DNA from: Acidimicrobiales bacterium
Lineage (GTDB): Bacteria > Actinomycetota > Acidimicrobiia > Acidimicrobiales > CADCSY01
DNA: 64,000 bases
Assembly: GCA_035540955.1 (NCBI GenBank)
Contig: DATLFP010000058.1
Location: 4,340 to 68,339, forward strand
Reading direction: 5' to 3'
Shown: one piece after another, positions 55,488-64,000 of the stretch
Layout of the letters: the number at the start of each line of letters is the position of its first letter
Numbering within the stretch: position 1 is the stretch's first letter
Position numbers and translations under genes: made by a program
The notes under the pieces: generated by a model
The model's database searches: none
Told to the model about the DNA's origin: nothing
What the model saw: the letters and a program-made list of their open reading frames with translations, nothing else

Positions 55488-56108
55488 GTGCCCTTCCCCA
55501 AGAAGCTGCTCAACAGCGGTGAGCGGCTCGTCGTCGACATCCGGCCCCACTGGTGGTTCTTCTCGAGGCCGGCGGCCGCCCTCACCGTGTCGCTCGTGGG
55601 CCTCGTCTACCTGCGCTGGGTCCGCGACTGGACCGAGGGCGGCGGTGCCGCGGTGACCCTCGTGTTCGTCGCGCTCACCCTCCTGTCGCTCCTGTGGTTC
55701 GTGGGCCGCTACTTGAAGTGGATGACGACCAACTTCGTGGTGACCAGCCATCGTCTGGTCTTCCGCGAGGGCGTCGTCGCCAAGCAGGGCATCGAGATCC
55801 CCCTCGACCGCGTCAACACGATCTTCTTCAACCAGTCGATCTTCGAGCGGCTGATGGGCACGGGCGACCTCACCATCGAGTCGGCCGGCGAGCGGGGCAC
55901 GCAGAGCTTCAGCGACATCCGCAAGCCCTCCCAGGTGCAGAACGAGATCTATCGCCTCATCGAGGAGGAACAGGACACCCACGCCGGTCTCGGCCGCGAG
56001 CAGTCCATCCCCGACCAGCTCGAGAAGCTCGACGAGCTGCGGCGCCGGGGGGTCATCAGCGAGGCCGAGTTCCAGGCGAAGAAGGCGAAGCTTCTCGACC
56101 GCATGTGA
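55488..56108 (+). CDS. membrane bPH (YdbT/DUF304-like) domain protein with C-terminal SHOCT domain
   Basis: Two TM helices follow LVVDIRPHWWFF, then the PH-like core (VVTSHRLVFREGVVAKQGIEIPLDRV), then the SHOCT motif (QLEKLDELRRRGVISEAEFQAKKAKLL). Confidence 0.8.
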   Translation: MPFPKKLLNSGERLVVDIRPHWWFFSRPAAALTVSLVGLVYLRWVRDWTEGGGAAVTLVFVALTLLSLLWFVGRYLKWMTTNFVVTSHRLVFREGVVAKQGIEIPLDRVNTIFFNQSIFERLMGTGDLTIESAGERGTQSFSDIRKPSQVQNEIYRLIEEEQDTHAGLGREQSIPDQLEKLDELRRRGVISEAEFQAKKAKLLDRM

Positions 56109-56150
56109 AGCTTCTCGACCGCATGTGAAGCTGCTCGACCGCATGTGAAG
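56087..56150 (+). repeat. 20-bp tandem repeat (3 full copies plus a partial) spanning the stop codon of the SHOCT gene
   Basis: GAAGCTTCTCGACCGCATGT is at 56087-56106 and 56107-56126, GAAGCTGCTCGACCGCATGT at 56127-56146, followed by GAAGCGGCTCGCC. Confidence 0.9.
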
Positions 56151-56174
56151 CGGCTCGCCCCGAAAACGACGATT

Positions 56175-56194
56175 GCCGGGCCGTGGGGCCCGGC
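56175..56194. terminator. hairpin between convergent genes
   Basis: GCCGGGCC-gtgg-GGCCCGGC forms a perfect 8-bp stem. Confidence 0.5.
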
Positions 56195-56220
56195 AACCAT
56201 CGGGGTGGGGGTGGGTGGGA

Positions 56221-56445
56221 CTAGAGACGCTCTTCTCGCACGACGGTCTCGGTGTTGCGGCTGGTCGCGAACCCGGCGCCGCCCCACGAGCTCCAGAACA
56301 GCATCGACATCAGCAGCCCGATGGCGCCGACGATCATGAGGATCACGCCGACCGTGTTGAGGTTGATGCCTTCGGCCGTGACCTCGACGGCGAAGCTCAA
56401 GATGGCACCTACGGCGATCAGGAAGACGCTCACTCCGATGCCCAT
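56221..56445 (-). CDS. small two-TM membrane protein (DUF6458-like)
   Basis: 74 aa. MGIGVSVFLIAVGAILSFAV...VGVILMIVGAIGLLMSMLFW. A GGAGG lies 8 nt upstream of the ATG. Confidence 0.7.
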   Translation of the reverse strand: MGIGVSVFLIAVGAILSFAVEVTAEGINLNTVGVILMIVGAIGLLMSMLFWSSWGGAGFATSRNTETVVREERL

Positions 56446-56526
56446 GACGTTGCTACCTCCAGCGTGCGGATCTGCCTGCGAATGTGCCTGTGAATGTGAC
56501 AGTGGCGCGGGGGTACCCGGCGCCCC

Positions 56527-57447
56527 TCAGGCGGAAACCCAGGCCCCGCCGGCCGGCCGGACCTTCCACCCGTCGGCGAGGGCCCCGGGGTCGCACAGGG
56601 CGACGACGCAGCCGCCGAAGCCGGCCCCGGTGAGACGGGCGCCGTGCACGCCGGGGACGGCCCGGAGCCGCTCGACCTCGTCGTCGAGCGCTGGCGTCGA
56701 CACCTCGTAGTCGTCTCGCAGGCTGGCGTGGCTGGCGAGCATGAGCCCGCCGGCGGTGACCAGGTCACCCGCGGCGAGGGCGCCGGCGAAGGCGCGGACC
56801 CGCTCGTTCTCGGTGCGGACGTGACGGGTCCGGCGCGGGTGGCCGGCCTCCAGCTCGGCTCGCCGCTCGCCGTAGGCGCTGGTGGCGAGCGCCCGGTCCT
56901 CGACGTGCACGACCACGATCTCGGCGGTGGCCGGCACCGGCACCGGGGTGATCGAGTACGTCGAGCAGTCGATCAGCAGCGCGTGCCCGGCGATGCCGTG
57001 CACCGATGCGAGCTGGTCCATTCGTCCGCACGGCACGCCGGACGCGCGCTGCTCGGCCCGCTGGCACGCGGCGGCGAGGTCGATGTCGGTGCCGTCGCCC
57101 ACGAGCGCGAGGGCGACGGCGACCTCGAGCGCTGCACTCGAGGAGAGTCCGGCGCCGACGGGCAGCGTGGTGGTGACGCGACCGGTGAAGCCGCGGGAGG
57201 GCCGGACCTCGGCGACGACACCGGCGACGTAGCGGGCCCACACCGGCTCGACCCGCGCCGGGTCGGCGATGTCGAGCGGGATCTGCGCGACGCCCTCGAG
57301 TGCATCCGACGTGAGCAGCACGAGGTCGCCGCCCCGCTCTCCCTCGATCGTGGTGCCGAGGTCGATCGCCATCGGCAGCACGAGGCCCCCGGCGTAGTCG
57401 GTGTGGTCGCCGATCAGGTTGACCCGTCCCGGCGCGAACGCGATCAC
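56527..57447 (-). CDS. galK: galactokinase (GHMP kinase)
   Basis: The GTG at 57447 overlaps the galT stop (GTGA). Motifs: galactokinase signature APGRVNLIGDHTDYAGG, GHMP motif LPVGAGLSSSAALEVA, C-terminal RLTGAGFGGC. Confidence 0.9.
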   Translation of the reverse strand: MIAFAPGRVNLIGDHTDYAGGLVLPMAIDLGTTIEGERGGDLVLLTSDALEGVAQIPLDIADPARVEPVWARYVAGVVAEVRPSRGFTGRVTTTLPVGAGLSSSAALEVAVALALVGDGTDIDLAAACQRAEQRASGVPCGRMDQLASVHGIAGHALLIDCSTYSITPVPVPATAEIVVVHVEDRALATSAYGERRAELEAGHPRRTRHVRTENERVRAFAGALAAGDLVTAGGLMLASHASLRDDYEVSTPALDDEVERLRAVPGVHGARLTGAGFGGCVVALCDPGALADGWKVRPAGGAWVSA

Positions 57448-58286
57448 TCGGGGGCCGTCGCGGCGCGGAGCTGGGCCGCGGCCTCGGCGGGATCGACGGG
57501 GTTGAAGTAGACGCCGCTCCCGAGCTCGCCGGCCGCCACGAACCGGGGCGTTCCCGCGGCGCGCAGCAACGGCGCGAGGTGCACGTGCAGGTGGGCGGCG
57601 GGCCACCGTCCGCCGTCGGTCGGCCGCTGGTGGATCCAGAGCATCGACGGCATCGGTGCGTCGAACAGCGCGTCGAGGCGGCGGCTGGCGTCGCGCAGCA
57701 GCGCGGCGAGCGCGTCGCGGCCGTGGTCGTCGAGCGACGGCAGGTCGGCGACGTGGTCCGACGGCGCCAGGCGCAGCTCGTAGGGCCACGACGCCGCCGC
57801 CGGCACCCAGGCGCGCCAGCCGCCGCGCTCGGCGACGACGTTGGTGGGCTCGCGGCACAGGGCGCACGGCTCGTCGAGCTCGGCCGCCGCCGCCGGCGGC
57901 ACGTGGTCGAAGGCGTAGATCTGGCCGTGCGGGTGGGCGATGGTGGCGCCCACCTCGGGGCCGCGGTTCTCGAACACCAGCACGTAGGCGACGTCGTCGC
58001 GCCGGCCGAGCGCCACCGTCCGGTCGGCCCACAGGTCGACGACGCGGCGGACGCCCTCGACGCCGAGCGACCACAGCTGGGCGTCGTGCACCGGCGTGTA
58101 GAGCACGATCTCGCACCGATCGTCGGGCATGGGCGGCCACCGGTTCACGAACCAGCGGACGTCGTAGCCCTCGGGGGCCTCGAGCCCGCCCGGGCAGAAC
58201 GGGCAGCCGGCGTCGGGCAGGTTGGGTCGGCCCTGGCGGGACGACACGATCACCACGTCGGCGCCGGTCAGCTCGTCCCGCGGCAT
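57444..58286 (-). CDS. galT: galactose-1-phosphate uridylyltransferase
   Basis: ATG 58286. Zinc-site CPFCPG and active-site HPHGQIYAF (HxH). The upstream part of the track ORF is read-through. Confidence 0.9.
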   Translation of the reverse strand: MPRDELTGADVVIVSSRQGRPNLPDAGCPFCPGGLEAPEGYDVRWFVNRWPPMPDDRCEIVLYTPVHDAQLWSLGVEGVRRVVDLWADRTVALGRRDDVAYVLVFENRGPEVGATIAHPHGQIYAFDHVPPAAAAELDEPCALCREPTNVVAERGGWRAWVPAAASWPYELRLAPSDHVADLPSLDDHGRDALAALLRDASRRLDALFDAPMPSMLWIHQRPTDGGRWPAAHLHVHLAPLLRAAGTPRFVAAGELGSGVYFNPVDPAEAAAQLRAATAPE

Positions 58287-58380
58287 CCGGTGATGCTCCC
58301 ACCTCCCGACGCGTCTCGTGGCGGTTCGTGTCGTCAGACGAGCGAGACCGCCACAAGAGTGCGCCGCCGTCGACGCGGGC

Positions 58381-59277
58381 TCACGCGATCCCGACGGCCG
58401 CGGCGAAGCGCTCGAGGGCGTCGGGGTCGAAGGGTGCCCGCATGGCGATGTTGATCTGCTCGGCACCGGCGTCGACGTACTGGCCGATCCGGTCGAGCAT
58501 CTCCTCCTCGGTGCCGAACAGCACGCCGGGCCGGACGTGCTCGGCGATGTTGCCGAACTGCTCGCGGAGGCCGTCCTCGCTGAACGCCATGCCCACGTTG
58601 ATCGTGCAGCGGATCTCCGCCGGGTCCCGACCCACGTCGGCGCAGTGCCGGTGCAGCACGTCGCGCTTGCGGGCGAACTCCTCGGGCGAGATGAACGGCA
58701 CGTTCCACCCGTCGGCGTGCCGGGCGGCGATCCGCAGCGTCCGCTTCTCGCCGCCGCCCCCGACCCAGATCGGCACCTTGGCCTGCACCGGCCGCGGCTC
58801 GTTGCGGGCGTCGCGCACCTGGAACCAGCGGCCCTCGAAGGTCGTCGTCTCGTCGTGGAGCAGCCCCCGCAGCACCTGGATGCCCTCCTCGAGCTGGTCC
58901 ATGCGGGTGCCCACCGGCGGGAACGGGATGCCGTAGGCGTCGTACTCGATCTGGCTCCAACCGGCGCCGATGCCGACGTCGGTCCGGCCTCCCGAGAGGT
59001 GGTCGATCGTGGCGATGGCGTTGGCGAGCACCGCCGGGTGCCGGTACCCGACGCTGTACACGAGGGAACCGCACCGCACCTTCGTCGTCGACAGCGCCAG
59101 CGCAGCGTGCATGCTCACCGCTTCGAGGCAGGTGGCGTCGCCGGTCATGTCGGCGGCGTAGAAGTGGTCCCACACCGAGATCCAGCCGTAGCCGAGGTCC
59201 TCGATGCGTTTGTAGAGGTCGACCAGCTCACCGGCCGGCACCTTCTGCAGCCCGGCGTGCACCCCGAACGTCGTCAT
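58381..59277 (-). CDS. LLM-class (luciferase-like) F420/flavin-dependent oxidoreductase
   Basis: 298 aa. ISVWDHF, IATIDHLSGGRTDVGIGAGW, PIWVGGGGEKRTLRIAARHADGWN. Confidence 0.9.
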   Translation of the reverse strand: MTTFGVHAGLQKVPAGELVDLYKRIEDLGYGWISVWDHFYAADMTGDATCLEAVSMHAALALSTTKVRCGSLVYSVGYRHPAVLANAIATIDHLSGGRTDVGIGAGWSQIEYDAYGIPFPPVGTRMDQLEEGIQVLRGLLHDETTTFEGRWFQVRDARNEPRPVQAKVPIWVGGGGEKRTLRIAARHADGWNVPFISPEEFARKRDVLHRHCADVGRDPAEIRCTINVGMAFSEDGLREQFGNIAEHVRPGVLFGTEEEMLDRIGQYVDAGAEQINIAMRAPFDPDALERFAAAVGIA

Positions 59278-59302
59278 GGCCGGTCACCATATGATCCGGC
59301 CC

Positions 59303-60172
59303 ATGCCGCGCGCGCAGTGCAATGGGATCGAGATCGAGTTCGACACCTTCGGGAGCAGCGACGACCCCGCCCTCCTGCTGATCATGGGCTTCAGCGCCCA
59401 GATGACGGCGTGGGAGGAGGGGTTCTGCCGCCGCCTCGCCGACGAGGGCTTCCACGTCATCCGGTTCGACAACCGCGACGTCGGGCTGTCGTCCCGCATC
59501 ACCGGTGGGCCCGAGCCCGACATCGCCAAGGCGATGAGCGGCGACCCCTCGTCGGCGGCCTACACCCTCGACGACATGGCCGACGACGCCGCCGGACTGC
59601 TCGACGCGCTGGGGATCGACACCGCCCACATCGTCGGCGCGTCGATGGGCGGCATGATCGCCCAGCTGGTCGCGTGCCGGCATCCGGAGAAGACGCTGAG
59701 CCTCTGCTCGATCATGTCGACCACCGGAGACCCGTCGGTGGGCCAGCCGCAGCCCGAGGCGATCGCCGCCCTGCTCGCGCCGCGGCCCACCACCCGCGAG
59801 GAGGCGGTGGAGCGGGGCGGTGAGGTGGGCCGCATCATCGGCTCACCCGTCCACTTCGACGAGGCGAAGGCGCGCCAGCGGGCGGGCGAGGCGTTCGACC
59901 GGGCCAACGACCCGGACGGCGTCGCCCGGCAGCTCGTGGCGATCATGGCGTCGGCCGACCGCACGCCGGCGCTGGGCAACGTGAACGTGCCCACCCTCGT
60001 GATCCACGGCGCCGCCGACCCGCTCGTGACGCCGAGCGGCGGTGAGGCCACGGCGAAGGCGGTGCCCGGCGCCGACCTGCTCGTGCTCGAGGAGATGGGC
60101 CACGACCTGCCCGAGCCGCTGTGGCCGGGCATCGTCGACGCCATCGTCACCAACGCCAGGAGGGCTTCCTAG
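59303..60172 (+). CDS. alpha/beta-fold hydrolase
   Basis: PALLLIMGF, nucleophile elbow GASMGG, C-terminal GHDLP. Start taken at ATG 59303 (track start 59276 would overlap the divergent LLM start). Confidence 0.85.
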   Translation: MPRAQCNGIEIEFDTFGSSDDPALLLIMGFSAQMTAWEEGFCRRLADEGFHVIRFDNRDVGLSSRITGGPEPDIAKAMSGDPSSAAYTLDDMADDAAGLLDALGIDTAHIVGASMGGMIAQLVACRHPEKTLSLCSIMSTTGDPSVGQPQPEAIAALLAPRPTTREEAVERGGEVGRIIGSPVHFDEAKARQRAGEAFDRANDPDGVARQLVAIMASADRTPALGNVNVPTLVIHGAADPLVTPSGGEATAKAVPGADLLVLEEMGHDLPEPLWPGIVDAIVTNARRAS

Positions 60173-61321
60173 ATGGGCACCGGACCGCTCAGCGGCTACA
60201 CGATCATCGAGCTCGCCGGGATCGGTCCCGGCCCGTTCTGCGGGATGCTCCTCTCCGATCTCGGCGCCGACGTGATCCGCGTCGACCGCGCCCAGGCGGT
60301 TCGGGGCGGCGACCCCGCCAACCCGCCGCTCGACATCCTCGCCCGGGGCCGGCGCTCGATCGGCGTCGACCTGAAGAACCCCGACGGCGTCGAGACCGTG
60401 CTGAAGCTGGTGGAGAAGGCCGACGCCCTCTTCGAGGGGTTCCGGCCCGGCGTCACCGAGCGCCTCGGCCTCGGCCCCGACACCTGCCTGGCCCGCAACC
60501 CGACGCTCGTCTACGGGCGCATGACGGGCTGGGGCCAGGAGGGCCCCTACGCCCACGCCGCCGGCCACGACATCAACTACATCGCCCTCGCCGGCGCGCT
60601 GCATCCCATCGGCCGCGCCGGCCAGGCGCCGGTGCCCCCGCTCAACCTCGTCGGTGACTTCGGGGGAGGCGGGCTCATGCTCGCGTTCGGCATCGTCTGC
60701 GCCCTCCTCGACGCCCAGAAGACCGGCACCGGCCAGGTCATCGACGCCGCCATGGTCGACGGGGCCGCCACCCTCACGGCGTTCGTCTACGGCCTCAAGG
60801 CGATGGGCATGTGGACGACGGAGCGGGGCACGAACCTGCTCGACACCGGCGCCCACTTCTACGACGTCTACGAGACCAAGGACGGCGAGCACGTGTCGAT
60901 CGGCTCGATCGAGCCGCAGTTCTACGCCGAGCTGCGCCGGCTGGCCGGACTCGACGACGACGAGTGGAGCGCGCAGATGGACCGCTCGCAGTGGCCGGCG
61001 CTCAAGGAGAAGATCGCGGCCGTCTTCAAGACCAGGACCCGCGACGAGTGGAACGGCATCATGGAGCACACCGACGTCTGCTACGCCCCGGTGCTCTCCT
61101 TCGACGAGGCCTACCAGCACCCCCACAACATCGCCCGCGGCACGTTCAAGGAGGTGGCGGGGATCGTGCAGCCCGGACCGTCGCCGCGGTTCTCGCGCAC
61201 GCCGGGCGAGATCCAGGGCCCGGCGGCCCACGCCGGCCAGCACACCGACGACGTGCTCGCCGGGTTCGGCTTCGACGCCTCCGAGATCGCCAAGCTCCGA
61301 GAGGCCGGCGCGGTCAGGTGA
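60173..61321 (+). CDS. CaiB/BaiF family III CoA-transferase, alpha-methylacyl-CoA racemase (Mcr/AMACR)-like
   Basis: [36 protein letters not shown] and [11 protein letters not shown] are characteristic of the family. Confidence 0.9.
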   Translation: MGTGPLSGYTIIELAGIGPGPFCGMLLSDLGADVIRVDRAQAVRGGDPANPPLDILARGRRSIGVDLKNPDGVETVLKLVEKADALFEGFRPGVTERLGLGPDTCLARNPTLVYGRMTGWGQEGPYAHAAGHDINYIALAGALHPIGRAGQAPVPPLNLVGDFGGGGLMLAFGIVCALLDAQKTGTGQVIDAAMVDGAATLTAFVYGLKAMGMWTTERGTNLLDTGAHFYDVYETKDGEHVSIGSIEPQFYAELRRLAGLDDDEWSAQMDRSQWPALKEKIAAVFKTRTRDEWNGIMEHTDVCYAPVLSFDEAYQHPHNIARGTFKEVAGIVQPGPSPRFSRTPGEIQGPAAHAGQHTDDVLAGFGFDASEIAKLREAGAVR

Positions 61322-61423
61322 CGAGGTGCGTGTCGCGTCGCGGCGCCGGCGCGCAGGTGCAGGCTCGTCTGAGCGGCAAGCCGCACGCCGAAGGCCGCTA
61401 CGCGCAGCGCGGAGACCACTGAG
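61318..61423 (+). repeat. intergenic repeat IGR-B copy 3 with bridging mini-ORF (34 codons)
   Basis: It shares GAGCGGCAAGCCG and CGCAGCGCGGAGACCACTGAG with the other B copies, plus a CCGAAGGCCG module. The mini-ORF GTG 61318 overlaps the CoA-transferase TGA (GTGA) and its TGA (61420-61422) ends 1 nt before the next gene's ATG. Confidence 0.65.
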
Positions 61424-62209
61424 ATGGCGACGCTCGTCTGCTTCCACGCCCACCCCGACGACGAGTCGATCGCCACCGGTGGGGTCATGGCGAAGGCGGC
61501 CGACGACGGCCACACGGTCGTCCTCGTGATCGCCACCAAGGGCGAGGAGGGCGAGGTGCCCGACGGGTTCCTGGCCGACGGCGAGCAGCTCGGCGACCGG
61601 CGGGTGCAGGAGACGATGGCGTCGGCCAAGGAGCTGGGCGTGGCGGCCGTCGAGTTCCTCGGCTACCGCGACTCGGGGATGATCGGCACCGCCACCAACG
61701 ACGACCCGACGTGCTTCTGGCGAGCCGACGTGGAGGAAGCCGCCCACCGCCTGGCGGTGCTGCTCACCGAGCACGAGGCCGACGTCCTGACCGTGTACGA
61801 CTCGAACGGCAACTACGGGCACCCCGACCACATCCAGGTCCACCGCGTGGGGGTCAGGGCTGCGGAGATCGCCGGGGTCGAGCAGGTGTACGAGGCGACG
61901 ATGAACCGCGACTACATCCAGCGGAACATCGCGGCGATGCGGGAGGCGGCGGGCGACGACGTGCCCGACGACCTGCCCGACGCGGACTTCGAGATCGGCG
62001 TGCCCGAGACCCTCATCACCACCGCCGTCGACGTGACCCCGTGGATCGCCCGCAAGCGGGCGTCGATGCGGGCCCACGCCAGCCAGATCTCGGAGCAGTC
62101 GTTCTTCCTGGCCATGCCCGACGAGGTGTTCGCCCAGGCGTTCGGCACCGAGTGGTACATCCATCGGGGCGTCGAACCCACCCAGCCCTGGGAAGACGCC
62201 ATCCTCTGA
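61424..62209 (+). CDS. PIG-L/LmbE-family N-acetylglucosaminyl deacetylase (MshB/Mca-like)
   Basis: FHAHPDDESIATGG, HPDH. 261 aa. Confidence 0.85.
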   Translation: MATLVCFHAHPDDESIATGGVMAKAADDGHTVVLVIATKGEEGEVPDGFLADGEQLGDRRVQETMASAKELGVAAVEFLGYRDSGMIGTATNDDPTCFWRADVEEAAHRLAVLLTEHEADVLTVYDSNGNYGHPDHIQVHRVGVRAAEIAGVEQVYEATMNRDYIQRNIAAMREAAGDDVPDDLPDADFEIGVPETLITTAVDVTPWIARKRASMRAHASQISEQSFFLAMPDEVFAQAFGTEWYIHRGVEPTQPWEDAIL

Positions 62210-62760
62210 TGCGCATCACGCTGGTCCGGCACGGTCAGGCCGCGGCGGGATGGGGCGACGACCTCGATCCCGGTCTGTCGGCGATCGGTCGCGAGCAGGC
62301 CGAGGCGACGGCGGCCGCACTCGAGCACCTGGGCCCGCTGCCCATCGTGTGCTCGCCGTTGCGCCGGTGCCGGGAGACGGCGGCCCCGTTCGCGGCGCGG
62401 TGGGGCGTCGATCCGGTCGTCGACGGCGCGGTGGGGGAGATCGTCTCGCCCGCCGACGCCGCCGGCCTCGAGGCCCGCAGCGCCTGGTTGCGCACGGCGA
62501 TGCAGGGCCGGTGGTCCGACCTCGGCGCCGAGCACGCCGCGTGGCGCCAGCGGGTGCTCGACCGGATCCGCGCCGTCGACACCGACACGGTGGTCCACTC
62601 GCACTTCATCGCCATCAACGTGGTCGTGGGCGCCGCCCTCGGCGACGACCGGGTCGTGTGCTTCGCCCCCGACAACTGCTCGTGGACCGTCGTCGACGTC
62701 ACCGCCGACGGGATCAGCGTCGTCGAGCTCGGTCGACAGGCCACGACCGAGGTCCGCTAG
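62209..62760 (+). CDS. histidine phosphatase (phosphoglycerate mutase-like) family protein
   Basis: MRITLVRHGQA (RHG motif) and SPLRRCRETA. The ATG shares 1 nt with the upstream TGA (TGATG). Confidence 0.85.
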   Translation: MRITLVRHGQAAAGWGDDLDPGLSAIGREQAEATAAALEHLGPLPIVCSPLRRCRETAAPFAARWGVDPVVDGAVGEIVSPADAAGLEARSAWLRTAMQGRWSDLGAEHAAWRQRVLDRIRAVDTDTVVHSHFIAINVVVGAALGDDRVVCFAPDNCSWTVVDVTADGISVVELGRQATTEVR

Positions 62761-62762
62761 CG

Positions 62763-63881
62763 GTGCCCGCTCTCGGCGACTGGACCCACACCGGCTACAC
62801 GCAGCAGGTCCACTTCGGGACCGGCGCCATCGACGGCGTGGGGAAGATCCTGCGCGACCTCGGCCTCCGGCGGGTGCTGCTCGTCACCACCCAGGGCCGG
62901 GCCGCCTCGCCCGAGGGCGAACGCCTCCAGCGATCGATCGGGCGCGCCGCGGTCGGCACCTTCGCCGGGGTGCAGTCGCACGTGCCGACGACCGCCGTGC
63001 AGGCCGCCCTGCGGCAGGCGCACACCGAGGGCATCGACGGCGTCGTGAGCTTCGGCGGCGGCTCGTGCGCCGACCTCGGCAAGGCGGTGTGCTTCTTCCT
63101 CGAGCAGGAGTCTGGCGCCCCGGGCTCCTCCTACGCCGACACCGCCGCCGTGCGCCACGTGGCGGTCCCCACCACGTACTCGGGCGCCGAGCTCACCGGC
63201 TTCTTCGGCATGACCGACGAGACGGCCCGGTCCAAGACCGGCGCCGGTGGGCCGACGATCGTGCCGGTCGCCGCCGTCTACGACCCCGACGCCACCCGGT
63301 CGACGCCGGCGCGCGTCAGCGCCGAGACCGGCATGAACTGCCTGGCGCACGGGATCGAGGCGGCGTGGTCGCCCTACCGCTCGCCGGAGGCCGAGGTGAT
63401 CGCGCTGGCCTGCATCGAGCGGGTGGCCGACGCCCTGCCGCGGGTGGTGGACGCCCCCGACGACCTGGGGGCCCGCAGCGACATGCTCATCGGCGCCGTC
63501 CTCGGCGGCCGGTGCCTGCACAACGCGCAGATGGGCGTGCACCACGGCCTCTCGCAGCTGCTCGGCGGGCGCACCGGGATCCCCCACGGGCTCGCCAACG
63601 CGCTCGTGCTGCCGCACGCCATGCGGTTCAACGCCGAGGCGGTCCCCGAGGAGCTGCGCCGCATCGGCCGGGCCCTCGGCGACGAGGACGACCCCGCGGG
63701 GGCGGTGGAGCGGCTGCGGGCGCGCATCGGGCTGCCCGCCGGCATCTCCGACCTCGGCCTCGTCGTCGATGACGACCTTGCCGCCGTCGCCCGCCTGTCG
63801 CAGCAGAACCGCAGCGTCCGGGCCAACCCCCGCCCGGTGAGCGAGGCCGACGCCCTCGCCATCCTCGAAGCGGCCTGGTGA
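62763..63881 (+). CDS. iron-containing alcohol dehydrogenase family (maleylacetate reductase-like)
   Basis: GTG 62763. VVSFGGGSCADLGK, PTTYSGAE, GMNCLAHGIEA, VHHGLSQLLGG. Confidence 0.85.
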   Translation: MPALGDWTHTGYTQQVHFGTGAIDGVGKILRDLGLRRVLLVTTQGRAASPEGERLQRSIGRAAVGTFAGVQSHVPTTAVQAALRQAHTEGIDGVVSFGGGSCADLGKAVCFFLEQESGAPGSSYADTAAVRHVAVPTTYSGAELTGFFGMTDETARSKTGAGGPTIVPVAAVYDPDATRSTPARVSAETGMNCLAHGIEAAWSPYRSPEAEVIALACIERVADALPRVVDAPDDLGARSDMLIGAVLGGRCLHNAQMGVHHGLSQLLGGRTGIPHGLANALVLPHAMRFNAEAVPEELRRIGRALGDEDDPAGAVERLRARIGLPAGISDLGLVVDDDLAAVARLSQQNRSVRANPRPVSEADALAILEAAW

Positions 63882-63925
63882 CCGGAGCGCGCGCGGGCGG
63901 CCGGGCGCACGACAGACTGGGGTCC

Positions 63926-64000
63926 ATGCCGGAGATCGAGGAGACGCTGCTGCCGGGCGTCGGCGTCCGGCACGAGTTCAGGTCCGAGAGCGGCGACCGG
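63926..64000 (+). CDS. 5' end of a TrkA-C/KhtT-like cation-transport regulatory protein (3' end lies outside the window)
   Basis: Only 25 codons are visible. MPEIEETLLPGVGVRHEFRSESGDR resembles the N-terminus of KhtT-type regulators (M.I.E..LPGIG..YEF.T..G). Confidence 0.45.
   Translation, partial: MPEIEETLLPGVGVRHEFRSESGDR

Noticed and set aside
58300-58380. Hairpin GTGGCGGT...ACCGCCAC with an inner GAGCGAGACC block in the LLM/galT spacer, possibly an eighth degenerate IGR-B copy. A similar faint resemblance exists at 1040-1090.
   Set aside because: Similarity to the repeat family is limited to a 9-10-mer, too short to call without a genome-wide profile. It may simply be a terminator-like hairpin after the LLM gene.
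59278-59301. Palindrome-like GGCCGG-n12-CCGGCC between the divergent LLM oxidoreductase and hydrolase starts, a candidate operator.
   Set aside because: Only the 6-bp GC arms pair and the central 12 nt do not. Such GC hexamer pairs are expected by chance in this composition.

Overview
This is a very GC-rich window (about 70% by eye). It looks like an ordinary actinobacterial chromosome segment, judging by nucS, an OdhA/Kgd-type fused 2-oxoglutarate enzyme, an F420/LLM oxidoreductase, an LmbE-type deacetylase and frequent GTG starts with 4-nt GTGA/ATGA gene overlaps. I support about 62 protein genes. I found no rRNA, convincing tRNA, CRISPR array, transposase, integrase or prophage. Main contents: (1) many lipid/beta-oxidation genes (3 acyl-CoA synthetases, 2 acyl-CoA dehydrogenases, SDR, MaoC hydratase, enoyl-CoA hydratase, thioesterases, an AMACR-like CoA-transferase, WS/DGAT). 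(2) A 7.7-kb plus-strand transporter operon that joins a Liv-type importer with fused ATPase and fused permease to an ABC-2/GldFG-like module. (3) Sulfate activation genes cysQ / cysD-cysN-cysC. (4) DNA and translation housekeeping genes (nucS, RecB-like nuclease, uvrD2-like helicase, xthA, ettA, def). (5) kgd, galT-galK, and secreted S8 and M20 peptidases. The most interesting signal is non-coding. A family of GC-rich intergenic repeats has 7 copies in three subtypes. Five copies sit between co-directional genes and carry 20-34 codon mini-ORFs whose start or stop abuts or overlaps the flanking genes, an arrangement like mycobacterial MIRUs but with sequences I do not recognise. Other items worth a second look: a three-module NYN RNase - S1 - histone-H1-like repeat protein; a translationally coupled pair of PEP-utilizing (RPH/PpsA-like) swivel-domain proteins with no ATP-grasp domain, next to nucS; a half-size beta-clamp (DnaN-like) gene among the lipid genes; a shared 20-nt motif in two lipid-gene upstream regions; and a 20-bp tandem triplication of a gene's 3' end. 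All homology calls come from reading the translations by eye. No database search was run.
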